Below, piece after piece: positions 29,643 to 39,011 of a stretch of DNA of 64,000 bases. This DNA is from a virus (taxonomy: Duplodnaviria > Heunggongvirae > Uroviricota > Caudoviricetes), in the IMG/VR virus record IMGVR_UViG_3300044712_000568, positions 166,155 to 230,154 of that record; one strand, written 5' to 3'. The position numbers were made by a program, and so were the translations under genes. The notes under the pieces are model-generated. The model was not told where the DNA came from, did not search any database, and saw only the letters and a list, made by a program, of their open reading frames with translations. How positions within the stretch are numbered: the stretch's first letter is position 1; each line of letters opens with the position of its first letter.

Positions 29643-29880
29643 TATAGGATATAAGAGATGTTGGCAATGTGGCGCTGAAAACGCTGACGATAGAGATTTC
29701 TGCGGTATCTGTAAAGAACCCTTAGATATCAATTTAATTTCTTCAATGCTAACAAAAGAAGAAAAGATTAAATTAAAGAAATTACTTTCAATTATTGAAA
29801 TAGATCAATTTAATAATATTAAAATAAACGGAATACTCCAACCCATAGATATTATATTTTTTCCCAATGATAAATCCTGA
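29632..29880 (+). CDS. small zinc-ribbon protein
   Basis: CWQCG...CGIC. Confidence 0.4.
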   Translation: MMSNIGYKRCWQCGAENADDRDFCGICKEPLDINLISSMLTKEEKIKLKKLLSIIEIDQFNNIKINGILQPIDIIFFPNDKS

Positions 29881-30145
29881 AATCAAACCCTGTGATAATT
29901 CCGCCTACACTGAGGCTATAGCTTTTGAATCCATGGAACCAAAAGATGGTACCTACGATTTTGAAAATAATGTGTATAATGGAATAACCCATAAAGATGT
30001 AGAGCGTTTTGCTAGAATAGTCGCATACAAAGTAGCAAAAAATATTAAAAATGGATATACTATGGATCCTTACGCTGATCCTCTAGTTTATGTGGATTGC
30101 GAAGATTATCCCTGCCTTGGAGGATTTACTGATGAGACATGTTAG
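29867..30145 (+). CDS. hypothetical protein
   Basis: 92-aa ORF. Confidence 0.4.
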   Translation: MINPEIKPCDNSAYTEAIAFESMEPKDGTYDFENNVYNGITHKDVERFARIVAYKVAKNIKNGYTMDPYADPLVYVDCEDYPCLGGFTDETC

Positions 30146-30524
30146 ACAACGCTATGACTCTGACTGTGGGATTGCTGGTGCCGCCTGTATTGCTGGAACT
30201 GGCTATTGGAAAATGCACAATAAAGCTATAGAGGTTATTTGGAAAAACAAACGACCCTCTAGCTATGTAACCTGCTCTGAAGATATAAAAAAACTATTAA
30301 AGAAATTTAAAGTTAAAGTGTCTGATGCAGTTAGAGTTAAAAAGTGGTCTAGAATTCCTGATAAAGCTTTAGTGCGAATTCTATATGCGAATGGTTGTGG
30401 GCATCTTGTAATTTTTACTAGAGATGAAAAAGGCCGTATGCAATGCTATGATCCCTATCTAGATAAAGTTCGTAGAGATCTTCATAAGATGCGACCACCT
30501 ACTCATTACATGGAGATTTTATAA
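30132..30524 (+). CDS. C39-like papain-fold cysteine peptidase domain protein
   Basis: QRYDSDCGIAGAACIAG (Q..DCG.A.L signature) and GHLVIFTRDEKGRMQCYDP (catalytic His ... DP). Confidence 0.5.
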   Translation: MRHVRQRYDSDCGIAGAACIAGTGYWKMHNKAIEVIWKNKRPSSYVTCSEDIKKLLKKFKVKVSDAVRVKKWSRIPDKALVRILYANGCGHLVIFTRDEKGRMQCYDPYLDKVRRDLHKMRPPTHYMEIL

Positions 30525-30871
30525 TGGCCTGCCAATGTGACGATTGCAAAATGAAAGGGTATTTACATATACCCACTGGAATCATCTTTTATAACCTGAA
30601 TATGAATGCCATATTATCGCATGGCACCTTCAAAAAAGTATTTCCTGATTGGTATGAATCAGCTTTTGAGCGATTGGACGATAATATATTGAGCAAGGAT
30701 CCCGCATTCCTTAAAGCTGACTTTGATTGGAAGGCTGAGGGAATTCATAGAGTATCTAAGCAATGTTCAATATTAGTCAACTTACCTAGTGGATATGTTC
30801 CCGAAATTGCTATTGAGGGTTATTGTAGGGAATACATGGAAAAATGTCAAAATACTCTTTTAATGGGATAA
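30524..30871 (+). CDS. HIPTG-family small protein
   Basis: GYLHIPTGIIFYNL after a CxxC N-terminal extension. Confidence 0.45.
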   Translation: MACQCDDCKMKGYLHIPTGIIFYNLNMNAILSHGTFKKVFPDWYESAFERLDDNILSKDPAFLKADFDWKAEGIHRVSKQCSILVNLPSGYVPEIAIEGYCREYMEKCQNTLLMG

Positions 30872-31158
30872 CTAGATCCGTAATATCGCCAACTAATAAA
30901 AATGGTTGGCCTGCGGAGATGCTCTATCTACAAGCGGAAAAGCTATTATTAGAGGGTAGAGTAAATAGCACTCTTACAAATGAACAAGAAGATGAACTGC
31001 TAGAAGCTATGGATTATATTTGGCGATATTTAACCGATGAACAAAGAATCGCCGCTGATAGAAGAGCGCAAGCATATCACGAAACTCAATTAAAAGGTAT
31101 TATAAGAAACTCTAAAAACCCTAATATATTTTTCCTACATGGTAAATACAATGTATAA
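30844..31158 (+). CDS. hypothetical protein
   Basis: 104-aa ORF. Confidence 0.4.
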   Translation: MSKYSFNGITRSVISPTNKNGWPAEMLYLQAEKLLLEGRVNSTLTNEQEDELLEAMDYIWRYLTDEQRIAADRRAQAYHETQLKGIIRNSKNPNIFFLHGKYNV

Positions 31159-31384
31159 AACTCTAACATATAAAACCTTCACTATAACCTTTCATAGATT
31201 TTCAAAGACTGCTAAAAATGTATCACCATCCTATAAGATGGGATTTCATTATTGGGTTGATGATACTCAACGCCGTTTTAGTATTGTATTCCCATTCTGT
31301 TTTAGGATTATCCTTTCAAAGGATCTTCCAAATTCCTGTTGCCAAGCTGAGGCTCCCGTTAGAAATAGAAAAAGAAATTCATAA
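31139..31384 (+). CDS. hypothetical protein (an overlapping alternative frame 31218..31424 encodes a hydrophobic peptide)
   Basis: ORF track only. Confidence 0.3.
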   Translation: MVNTMYKTLTYKTFTITFHRFSKTAKNVSPSYKMGFHYWVDDTQRRFSIVFPFCFRIILSKDLPNSCCQAEAPVRNRKRNS

Positions 31385-31596
31385 TGATATACCCTATAAA
31401 GGAATTAAAGACTTTTGTAACTAACTGGGGAAAGATAGTAAATGGTTTCCCAGAAGCTACCCATTTTATATTTAAACAAAATAGAGATGGTGATAAAGTA
31501 ATTTGGATATTAAAAGATACTGATAAGGCTAGTTGGGCATATGAGATAACAGATGCTCCTCATCCACATTGGTTTAATCGAATTAATGACGTTTAA
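31384..31596 (+). CDS. hypothetical protein
   Basis: 70-aa ORF. Confidence 0.4.
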   Translation: MIYPIKELKTFVTNWGKIVNGFPEATHFIFKQNRDGDKVIWILKDTDKASWAYEITDAPHPHWFNRINDV

Positions 31597-31609
31597 CACA
31601 GGAGATAAT

Positions 31610-31753
31610 ATGTTTATAGGTTTAATGGGCGTTGATAATGATGGACAGACATTGTATTCACCCTCTGGAAAAAAGTTATTTAAAGTCCCTAGGGTAATGG
31701 CTAGAATAATTCAAAGAGCTCAACATAAAATTGCTAGCCTAACATGGAAATAA
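31610..31753 (+). CDS. small hypothetical protein
   Basis: ATG preceded by acaggagataat; internal start of 31553..31753 ORF. Confidence 0.35.
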   Translation: MFIGLMGVDNDGQTLYSPSGKKLFKVPRVMARIIQRAQHKIASLTWK

Positions 31754-31760
31754 GATAATA

Positions 31761-31952
31761 ATGTATCCTTTAAGCTATTTACCTGAATATTATCCTATAT
31801 TAAGTGAGTGGGATAAAGGATTCATAGGGTATTTAATAAATAAAGATCCACATAATTATTACTTTATTCCCACAGATGAGCGTAATACATTTATTATAGT
31901 AGATAAGCGTAATAAGAATGCGGAAAAGAGTCTAGTGGGATTTTCTGAATAA
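31761..31952 (+). CDS. hypothetical protein
   Basis: 63-aa ORF. Confidence 0.35.
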   Translation: MYPLSYLPEYYPILSEWDKGFIGYLINKDPHNYYFIPTDERNTFIIVDKRNKNAEKSLVGFSE

Positions 31953-31994
31953 TTTTTGATTAAATTAATAAATTAGTCTAAACTAGAGGGTCAA

Positions 31995-32420
31995 ATGGAA
32001 TTTTTGAAAAATAATGTTATTAATTTAAAAGTGTTAGATATTCTTATTAATGCAGAATTAGAAGAACACTGCGTTAGGGTGTATGAAGAACATCTAGACA
32101 ATGGGACTATTTTAGTACATTTAGGGTTTAATTTAGCAATTTTTCCAAAGGATCATGCGCTTTCTTATTCTATTGAAGATCTCCTGCACTATTGGAAAAA
32201 CAAAACTTTACATTATCGCTTTGCAATAATTGACTCGTTCAAATCCTCAGAATATACAAAGAATTGCACTGTAGTAGAAAGCAATCTAATGGAAATTAAT
32301 CCTCCTAAATTATGCCGCAATGTTTATTATTCTGAGAGTCAATCTGAGGCGCCAATTGCAATCGTAGCAACTTTTAGAAACTGTACTATTTCTAGAAAAG
32401 ACCGGTCCAAAATTTCCTAA
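31995..32420 (+). CDS. hypothetical protein
   Basis: 141-aa ORF, last gene of AT-rich block. Confidence 0.45.
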   Translation: MEFLKNNVINLKVLDILINAELEEHCVRVYEEHLDNGTILVHLGFNLAIFPKDHALSYSIEDLLHYWKNKTLHYRFAIIDSFKSSEYTKNCTVVESNLMEINPPKLCRNVYYSESQSEAPIAIVATFRNCTISRKDRSKIS

Positions 32421-32630
32421 AAATTTTTTGGTAGTGATTTTCTAATGGCATCGGAAACAACTCTATAACTATATTCGCATTGTAAGATATAATCATATAC
32501 CCATATAGCCACATAATTTTCCGGGTATATTATTCCATGAGAATATTCGCATAAAGACTACGCAAAACCCATGCCAAAAACGGAGCTAGGTCAAACATGC
32601 CTAGCAAACGATGAGTTAATATCCCGAAGG

Positions 32631-32692
32631 GACCAAGCAACCGACACAAGATAAAGTCTATCAAAAGACAATATCTAATCGGTTGCTTGGTC
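32631..32692. other. 14-bp perfect inverted repeat gaccaagcaaccga / tcggttgcttggtc with 34-nt loop, followed by T-rich tract
   Basis: read directly in the 490-bp intergenic/compositional-boundary region. Confidence 0.5.
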
Positions 32693-32908
32693 TATTTTTC
32701 TTTGGGTTTATGTTCCTTTGAATGGTAGATTAACAAAGGAATACATAGCATTATGGGACCAGACTGGACTGGTAATCTACTGGTTAATAGATACCATAAC
32801 ATCTATCGCAATCGTCATACTAGAGTGCGTGAAGCTCTAGTCGAATTGCTTTGCAGTTCAACCTCGCCTACCTTTGTGTAGGCTATTTTAATTGAAAGGA
32901 GATTCCTA

Positions 32909-33616
32909 ATGGAACTCTCAGCTCTCAAGACCGCAGCTCTCTCGCTGCTCACCTACAAGGTCACCACTCCTGAAAAGGAAGGTGAAAAGACCATCCTCTC
33001 GTTCTTCCTCAACGACTTCACCGAGGAAATCGGGAAGAAGGGCGCCAAGGTTGTCGTTCCGGCCGCCATCTCCAAGATCGCCGTCAACAAGGTGATCGAG
33101 AAGATCCTGGTCAAGACGGATATGGAAGATGCCGTCACCCTGGAAGAGAAGTCCAAGGCCATCGCTTCCGTCAGCGGTCCTCACCTCGTCAGCTACATGG
33201 ACAAGGCCATCTCCGGCTTCGGTTCGTATCTTTCGAGCCGTCCTGAGTTCAGCACTCCGGAAGAGCGTCAGAACGCTTCCCGTTTCATGCTGGCTTCCAT
33301 GCTCTCCGTCATCGTGGAGAACGAGAAGACCGCTTCCGTGGCCGATCCTTTCCTGGACTGCAAGCGGCGCTTCGCTTCTTCCGACACCTACGAGAAGCTG
33401 GTGGCCTCCAGCAATCCCTCCGTCCTCGTGATCCGCAACATCCAGGATCAGATCGACGAACTGGAGAAGCTGAAGGAGAAGGCCGAGGAAGTGTCCAACG
33501 AGGACTACATCGCCTTCCTGAACGCCAAGAAGGAAGCCAACGGTCTGCAGGAGGACAAGGATTCGGCCAAGTTCGGCTATGTCCTGCTCCGCGGCAAGAA
33601 GGACGAGAGCAAGTAG
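32909..33616 (+). CDS. hypothetical protein with strongly GC3-biased codon usage
   Basis: strong SD gaaaggagattcctaATG preceded by hairpin gcctac-ctttgt-gtaggc and T-run; 235 aa, Lys/Glu-rich. Confidence 0.6.
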   Translation: MELSALKTAALSLLTYKVTTPEKEGEKTILSFFLNDFTEEIGKKGAKVVVPAAISKIAVNKVIEKILVKTDMEDAVTLEEKSKAIASVSGPHLVSYMDKAISGFGSYLSSRPEFSTPEERQNASRFMLASMLSVIVENEKTASVADPFLDCKRRFASSDTYEKLVASSNPSVLVIRNIQDQIDELEKLKEKAEEVSNEDYIAFLNAKKEANGLQEDKDSAKFGYVLLRGKKDESK

Positions 33617-33643
33617 TCTCTCGTTCTCTCTAGGATATGGGAT

Positions 33644-33670
33644 AGGGTATCTTGATGTTTGAGATACCCT
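33644..33670 (+). terminator. hairpin agggtatct-tgatgtttg-agataccct immediately after stop codon
   Basis: 9-bp perfect stem; no clean T-run. Confidence 0.4.
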
Positions 33671-33848
33671 TCCCATTCCTTTTGTTATACCCATGATGTA
33701 GTCTTAGTGATGGGTATAGTAAAGGGAATTGATAGTGTTGTCCCGGAATTAGGAATAATTGAGAAATAAACTGAGGTAAAGTGCATTAGTTTGTATATCC
33801 CTCTGTTAGTAGTATAAACGATTCTCGCCCATCTTTTAGGAGATCCGA

Positions 33849-34103
33849 ATGGTTCCCAATCCTATCATTGAACAGACTATTGCAAGATTTGCTCAAGATA
33901 ACGGATTTACTACACTTCCTAGAAGTATTGGAATCTTGGCAGGTATTGAAGGATGTCGAGTGTTCCAGCTAGGTCCTGGATTTGTGGATGCTCTGGCTGA
34001 TGATAGCAACATGGGAGACTCTCTCATTACTTGCTTACAGGGTATCGGGCTTAGGACCTTCAGGTTTCATTCAAGGTTCGATAGTATCATTGTCATTGAT
34101 TAG
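33849..34103 (+). CDS. hypothetical protein
   Basis: 84 aa; SD aggagatccgaATG. Confidence 0.5.
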   Translation: MVPNPIIEQTIARFAQDNGFTTLPRSIGILAGIEGCRVFQLGPGFVDALADDSNMGDSLITCLQGIGLRTFRFHSRFDSIIVID

Positions 34104-34210
34104 TTTTATACCGATGCCTCAGACGGCAAGCTGAGGTCGCTAGAGTCCATACTTCATACAGGATGCGTTAAGTCCTGTTTCCCTTTCTTTAGTTCTCTCT
34201 GGAGTCTATC

Positions 34211-34342
34211 ATGCTCTCTCATGTTGCCTACTGGGATTCCTTCCATAAGCCTGTGACTGTGGGTGTCTCCTTCTTCCTCGGCTATACGAATAAGGCTGAG
34301 GAGTTCATCGGCTTCCATATCCCTAACTTCACCTTCTAGAAT
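34211..34342 (+). CDS. small ORF (43 aa), not in track
   Basis: ctggagtctatcATG. Confidence 0.3.
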
Positions 34343-35011
34343 CTGTCATGGCGGATCTGGGTGGAATACATCAAGTCAAGGATACTGTCCTGGATAAGAT
34401 CTACTTTGAAGGAACCTATAAGATGTGCATTGGGTTCCTTCGGAGACAGAGAAGGAAGGATCTGGAGTTCCTGGATATTGTGTCCTACGAGTCGGGTCGT
34501 TGTGTCTCTTGGGTTCTCTGAGGGTTGTCCTTAATCCCTCTCACTCTAGCCTAAAAGGAAAAGATTGAGGCTAGGTGTTCTAACATGCTGGACTATCATT
34601 GGTCTATGGGTAGATCCAGGCTTAGTAATAGACTAGGGTGAAAACATCCTCTTTGTATGGGGTTTCCAGGAAAGATGATGCTTTATATCATAGAGAGTGA
34701 GGCTTGTCCTAGCTTCTTGCTCTAGTAGGGACAGAAGGACCATGAGTATAAACCTACATCTTTGCCTGCCTACTGAACTGGATTGAACAACAGGACACAC
34801 TAGAGGAATAGCTAACTTCTTTTGTAGTCCACAATCCGAGACGCAGGTGAATCCCGGTGATGGTGCTAGGACTGATGGTGTATTGTTACTATCAGTTCTA
34901 GCATTGTTCCTATCTTTCTTTATGTAAGGACATATACATTATCCAGGCTTGCATTAGTATAAGTCAGCCTAGTGATCCCTGTATGTTCTTTCATAAGTAA
35001 AGATATAAATC

Positions 35012-35190
35012 GTAGGTAATGAGGATAGATAGTGGAAACAATTCCTATGCCCCTTGATCCTCTCTAGGATTTGGTAAGGATGATTCATGACTCTACCTAC
35101 CTATGTAAAGAGTTAGTCTGGTATAATGAGGATAAGATAATGGATAACATTCCATGACTCTACCTATGCCGGGCTGATTCTTTTTGCCGG
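35012..35190. repeat. imperfect direct repeats (units beginning 35012 and 35118, about 106 bp apart; sub-repeat catgactctacctac(c)tatg at 35084 and 35150) with extended -10 tggtataat at 35120-35128
   Basis: read directly; inside 740-bp ORF-free region upstream of helicase gene. Confidence 0.5.
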
Positions 35191-35266
35191 AAGTAGTAAA
35201 TCAGGCGTAATTCCTTCTGAGCGTGTTTAATACTACCGCTCTCCCACTAGCTGAAGGAGTAATAAA

Positions 35267-36772
35267 ATGTCTCCCCTGGGTAACGCTGTTGTTGCTGGTG
35301 CTGGACGATTCATTGTCCTCACCAAAGACATGGAAGTTAAGGATACCCTGGCTTCTTTCCCAGATGCCAAGAGCATTATCCTCTGGAAGCCCGTGCAAAG
35401 TGGCAAGACTTCTGATGTTCTCAAGCTGGCTGAAGTGTTCTACAAGACTTCTGCCATGATCTTCATTAGCGATAAGAATACCTCTCTCGCTGGCCAGACA
35501 AATGGTCGGGCGAGGGTTCTGGGATTCGAGGTCGTGAATTACCGTGATGACATCAAGCTGGGTAAGTTCATTCGTGAGAGTGTGGGAAAGAAGCGTATCC
35601 TTCATTTGCTCATGGAAGTGAATAACCTGGAGAAGTTGGAGTCTCTTCTTGATGTTCTGGAAGATACTCCTGTTACCATCGTTATCGACGAGGCTGACAA
35701 GTCCCGAAATACGGAAGCGGCGAACAAGAAGAAGACCAAGAGTAAGACTTCTGTTCTCCAAGAAGTAGATGAGGACGAAGATGATGACGAAGAAGTCATC
35801 GAGAAGGCTGATGGTTCCATGTTGCCTCCCGTTACCCTTCTCCTTCTCCAGATCAAGAACATGGTGAAGGAGCGTGAGAATAGCAGAACGATCTTTGTTT
35901 CTGCTACTCCTGCGGCTGTTCTCACGGCTGAGAAGGATAACTGGTTGGTTCTCTACAAAGAACCTTATCAGAATTATGTCGGAGTTGGTATTGACCATCC
36001 GGCACAGATTCACATGAACAACCATATCACCGAGAATAGCTGCAAGGCTCGTGATCGGTGGACTGGTAATGAAAGGGATATCAAGACGAATACTTTCTAC
36101 CATTCCCTTTCTTTCGGTGTCGATCAATTCTGTAAGGCTCCGAATCGTAGTGATGATGAAATCACTCAGGTCATGCTTGTTTCCCTGGAGAATCGTAAAC
36201 TCCAGCAGTTCAAGATGAGTCAAGTGGTATGCGATCAGATCCGGGAGAGTGGATTTGCCGGAAAGGTGAGTGTTGTCGTATTTAATAGCGACACTAAGGA
36301 ATCCAGCGAAGTTACCCTAGCCTCTCTGATTCTCCAGGAAAAACTCCGGGGATTCTCCAAGGTCATCATCATCGCTGGGTTTATGGCGGCCCGTGGTGTT
36401 AGCTTTACTGACTTCTCCGATAAGGACAATCAGTTCGAGCTAATCCTTCAGGTTCACTACACCAAGAAGGATTTTCCTCTCAATTCCTCCATGCAGAACA
36501 TGAGGCTCTTTGGGCCTGCCCGTAGGACTGTCTCTCGTCCTGCTTTGATCTGCAATTCTTGGGCGGCTCAGGATGTTTCCGTTAATTTTGCGGAATCCTA
36601 CCGTATCATCAAGGAACTGGCTGAGAATGGCTTTGCTACTCAGGGTGCTTACAATCCTCAGCGTCCTCTGACTCAGCCCTACAACTTCCGTTACCTGAAG
36701 CAAGGTTGGGTGCGGGAACGCTTCATCTACCCTTCTACGAACGAAGCGGATCATCTTCCAATCGTTCCTTAG
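35267..36772 (+). CDS. SF2 DEAD-like helicase/ATPase
   Basis: motif I PVQSGKT, motif II VIDEAD, motif III VSATP, acidic DEDDDEE linker; SD gaaggagt 5 nt upstream. Confidence 0.55.
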   Translation: MSPLGNAVVAGAGRFIVLTKDMEVKDTLASFPDAKSIILWKPVQSGKTSDVLKLAEVFYKTSAMIFISDKNTSLAGQTNGRARVLGFEVVNYRDDIKLGKFIRESVGKKRILHLLMEVNNLEKLESLLDVLEDTPVTIVIDEADKSRNTEAANKKKTKSKTSVLQEVDEDEDDDEEVIEKADGSMLPPVTLLLLQIKNMVKERENSRTIFVSATPAAVLTAEKDNWLVLYKEPYQNYVGVGIDHPAQIHMNNHITENSCKARDRWTGNERDIKTNTFYHSLSFGVDQFCKAPNRSDDEITQVMLVSLENRKLQQFKMSQVVCDQIRESGFAGKVSVVVFNSDTKESSEVTLASLILQEKLRGFSKVIIIAGFMAARGVSFTDFSDKDNQFELILQVHYTKKDFPLNSSMQNMRLFGPARRTVSRPALICNSWAAQDVSVNFAESYRIIKELAENGFATQGAYNPQRPLTQPYNFRYLKQGWVRERFIYPSTNEADHLPIVP

Positions 36773-37010
36773 TAAAAGATAACTAAACCCTTACAGATCA
36801 TATCGGGCGGTGAAGGTAGAATACCGAGAGATCGCAGATACCTGTCTGGGGAGTGGGCCTTCTACTTCGGGAGGTTAATCCTGCTCTAGTTGCCTCTAGA
36901 TACCTAGGATCTGTCTAGAGGATTTCTTTTAGTCGTGAATGATCCGCACGAATCGTTTGTGAGTATCGAAAAACTCTCGTCTTTCCAATCTACCTCATAA
37001 GGAGAACATC

Positions 37011-37166
37011 GTGAAAGCCATGATGTTTGCTCTCACCAAGGCTGGTATCCTCCCGTCCGAGAAGTTCATGCGGCAGGAAGAGGAAATCAAGAAGAAGAAG
37101 GCTGAAGCCAAGGCCAAGCGTCTCGAAGAGCAGGCAAAGGCGAAGGCTCCCATCACTGTTGAATAA
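37011..37166 (+). CDS. small Lys/Ala-rich protein (about 51 aa), not in track
   Basis: GTG 6 nt after aaggaga; KKKKAEAKAKRLEEQAKAKA. Confidence 0.4.
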   Translation: MKAMMFALTKAGILPSEKFMRQEEEIKKKKAEAKAKRLEEQAKAKAPITVE

Positions 37167-37847
37167 ACAGTGATAAAATCCTCAACGGCTGGCGGATACG
37201 ATCCGTCTATCGTGTCTACATTGAGGTAGCTGGATATAATTGACTAACTCCAGCATTGTTTTACCTTCCGAGATGCGGACTCCGAGCTGGCGTTGTTCCA
37301 GCCCATCTTTTAGCTGACAAACATCTTCTAATCCTGGCAGATTAGGAGAACAATTCAGCACCTTGCCAGAGGTTAGCGGAATATAGATAGTATCGTGAGT
37401 CCCAGGTGGCAGAGAAATCTATAAGTTCGCCGGAAGTATATTTTCCACACGATGGCCACTATTATCCCGGCGAAGGCTCTGCGAAAGCATCCAACAGGCT
37501 GCCATCAGTCAGCGTATCGTGTGTTTTATAAAACAAATTCCTTCGTTAAGATAATGAGTCTTCTCCCTCCAAAGGAGCAAATCTTGGAAACCCGTATCCA
37601 AGGCGAAGGATAACTTAGTTGTTCTCGATGCCGGTTGTAATGGGTTCAACCCGGCTAGGTGCTAATCGGATTCCAATAAGCAACCCGTTTGAAGGAATCT
37701 GAGCTAAGGTTTGTTTTAGGAGAACCCTTTATAAAGCTCTATTGGACGAGCGTCACCCTAAAAAGGTGAAGGTGTGTGGTTCAAATCCCACTATAATAGG
37801 GTTGTCTCAAGACAAATTTGTTTAATAGTTTTGTTTTAGGAGGAGTG

Positions 37848-37988
37848 CATGAATCAAGTTCCTTGGTATCACTTCTGGGATATGGGAAGCGGAGTAGGCG
37901 GCGGAATGATCGTCGGTATTCTTGTTTCTATTCCCTTCATCTATCTCTTTCTCAAGATCAGGAGTAGTCGTGCCCCGAGGGATTGAAA
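37848..37988 (+). CDS. small membrane protein (46 aa), not in track
   Basis: ttaggaggagtgcATG; hydrophobic core GMIVGILVSIPFIYLFL. Confidence 0.45.
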
Positions 37989-38812
37989 AGACTCCAAAGA
38001 TTCTTACCAAACTCACGGCTGTGTCCATGAGTTGCAATGGAAGGAAAATCAATACCTTCATTCATCTTCCCATCATTGGTGGAAAGGCTGTGCTTCCCAA
38101 TGATATTGTTACTGAGATGGAAAAAGATCTTGGTGCGGGAAGAGGAGATACGGTGAGTCTTGGCTAAAATTTCAGATTAGCCAATAACAAAGCGGTCCCG
38201 CCTATTCTATCATTCCACTACGGGTAAACAAATCCCGAGTAAAGATCGCCAATGATCGTGGATGATAATTACCTACTATCCAGAGACGCGTAAGCGCCAC
38301 TAAGATAGCAAGGGTTTGGATTAAGCTCCAGACAAATCCTAATGTTGAGATACATTAGGTTGTAGTCAAAGAAATGATCTCGCTGAGACTCTCGATAGGG
38401 TTCGTGGCTTAAACCTGGGACGAGTTGGATCTAGCTTTCTTTGGCGGAACCCGTAGACAGATAAGTAAACATCGGGCAGGCCCTGGATATGTTGCAGGGC
38501 ATTGAGATAATTGTAGCGAAATGAGATAGTCATTCTACTCCAGCAACAACATGGTATGTCCCATAGTTGTTCTGTTAAACATCTGAGTCATACTCAGGCT
38601 ACAATCTCACTCGTTTTGAAGGTGTCGTAAACCTATCTCCAGGGTTAGACTTCCTTGGGTTATCAGTTAAAAAGTGAAGTAGTCTAAAGAATACTAGACT
38701 TCCATTAGTGATAGAGAAACAACTATCACTTCCATGCGCTCTAGTCACAATGTCTTTAGATTCCTTGGGTAAAATGTAACCCTCTACCTTTTCTTCTTTC
38801 TCTACGGAGAGC

Positions 38813-38935
38813 CCATGACCACCGTCATCAAGACCACCAGGAAGAAGGCCAAGCGCCTCGCAAACGGGACGCAGAAGCGTCCGAACCGTGGCAAGGGACA
38901 GTCTCCCAAGTCCGGTAGTTCCAAGCATCAGTAGA
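38813..38935 (+). CDS. small basic protein (40 aa), not in track
   Basis: ggagagcccATG; MTTVIKTTRKKAKRLANG... Confidence 0.35.
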
Positions 38936-39011
38936 GCAAAGAAGTTACGGAAGTGGAGAGTGTAGTTAAAACATATGCTCTCCATTTCAGCAACTTCTCC
39001 AAGGAGATTTA

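Noticed and set aside
32918-33694. 258-aa minus-strand ORF overlapping the GC3-biased gene 32909-33616
   Set aside because: Antisense shadow ORF produced by C/G-ending codon bias. The plus-strand gene has a strong SD and a terminator hairpin, while the minus ORF has none and has low-complexity R/G/L-rich composition.
35201-36223. 340-aa minus-strand ORF (plus 107-aa and 63-aa ORFs) opposite the helicase gene
   Set aside because: The plus strand carries SF2 motifs I, II and III in the right order and an SD, so the minus-strand ORFs are antisense artefacts.
37737-37800. possible tRNA ending ...gtgtgtggttcaaatcccactataatagg
   Set aside because: It has a T-loop-like GGTTCAAATCC, but I could not find a pairing T stem, acceptor stem or anticodon arm. 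It is kept only as part of the ncRNA-candidate region.
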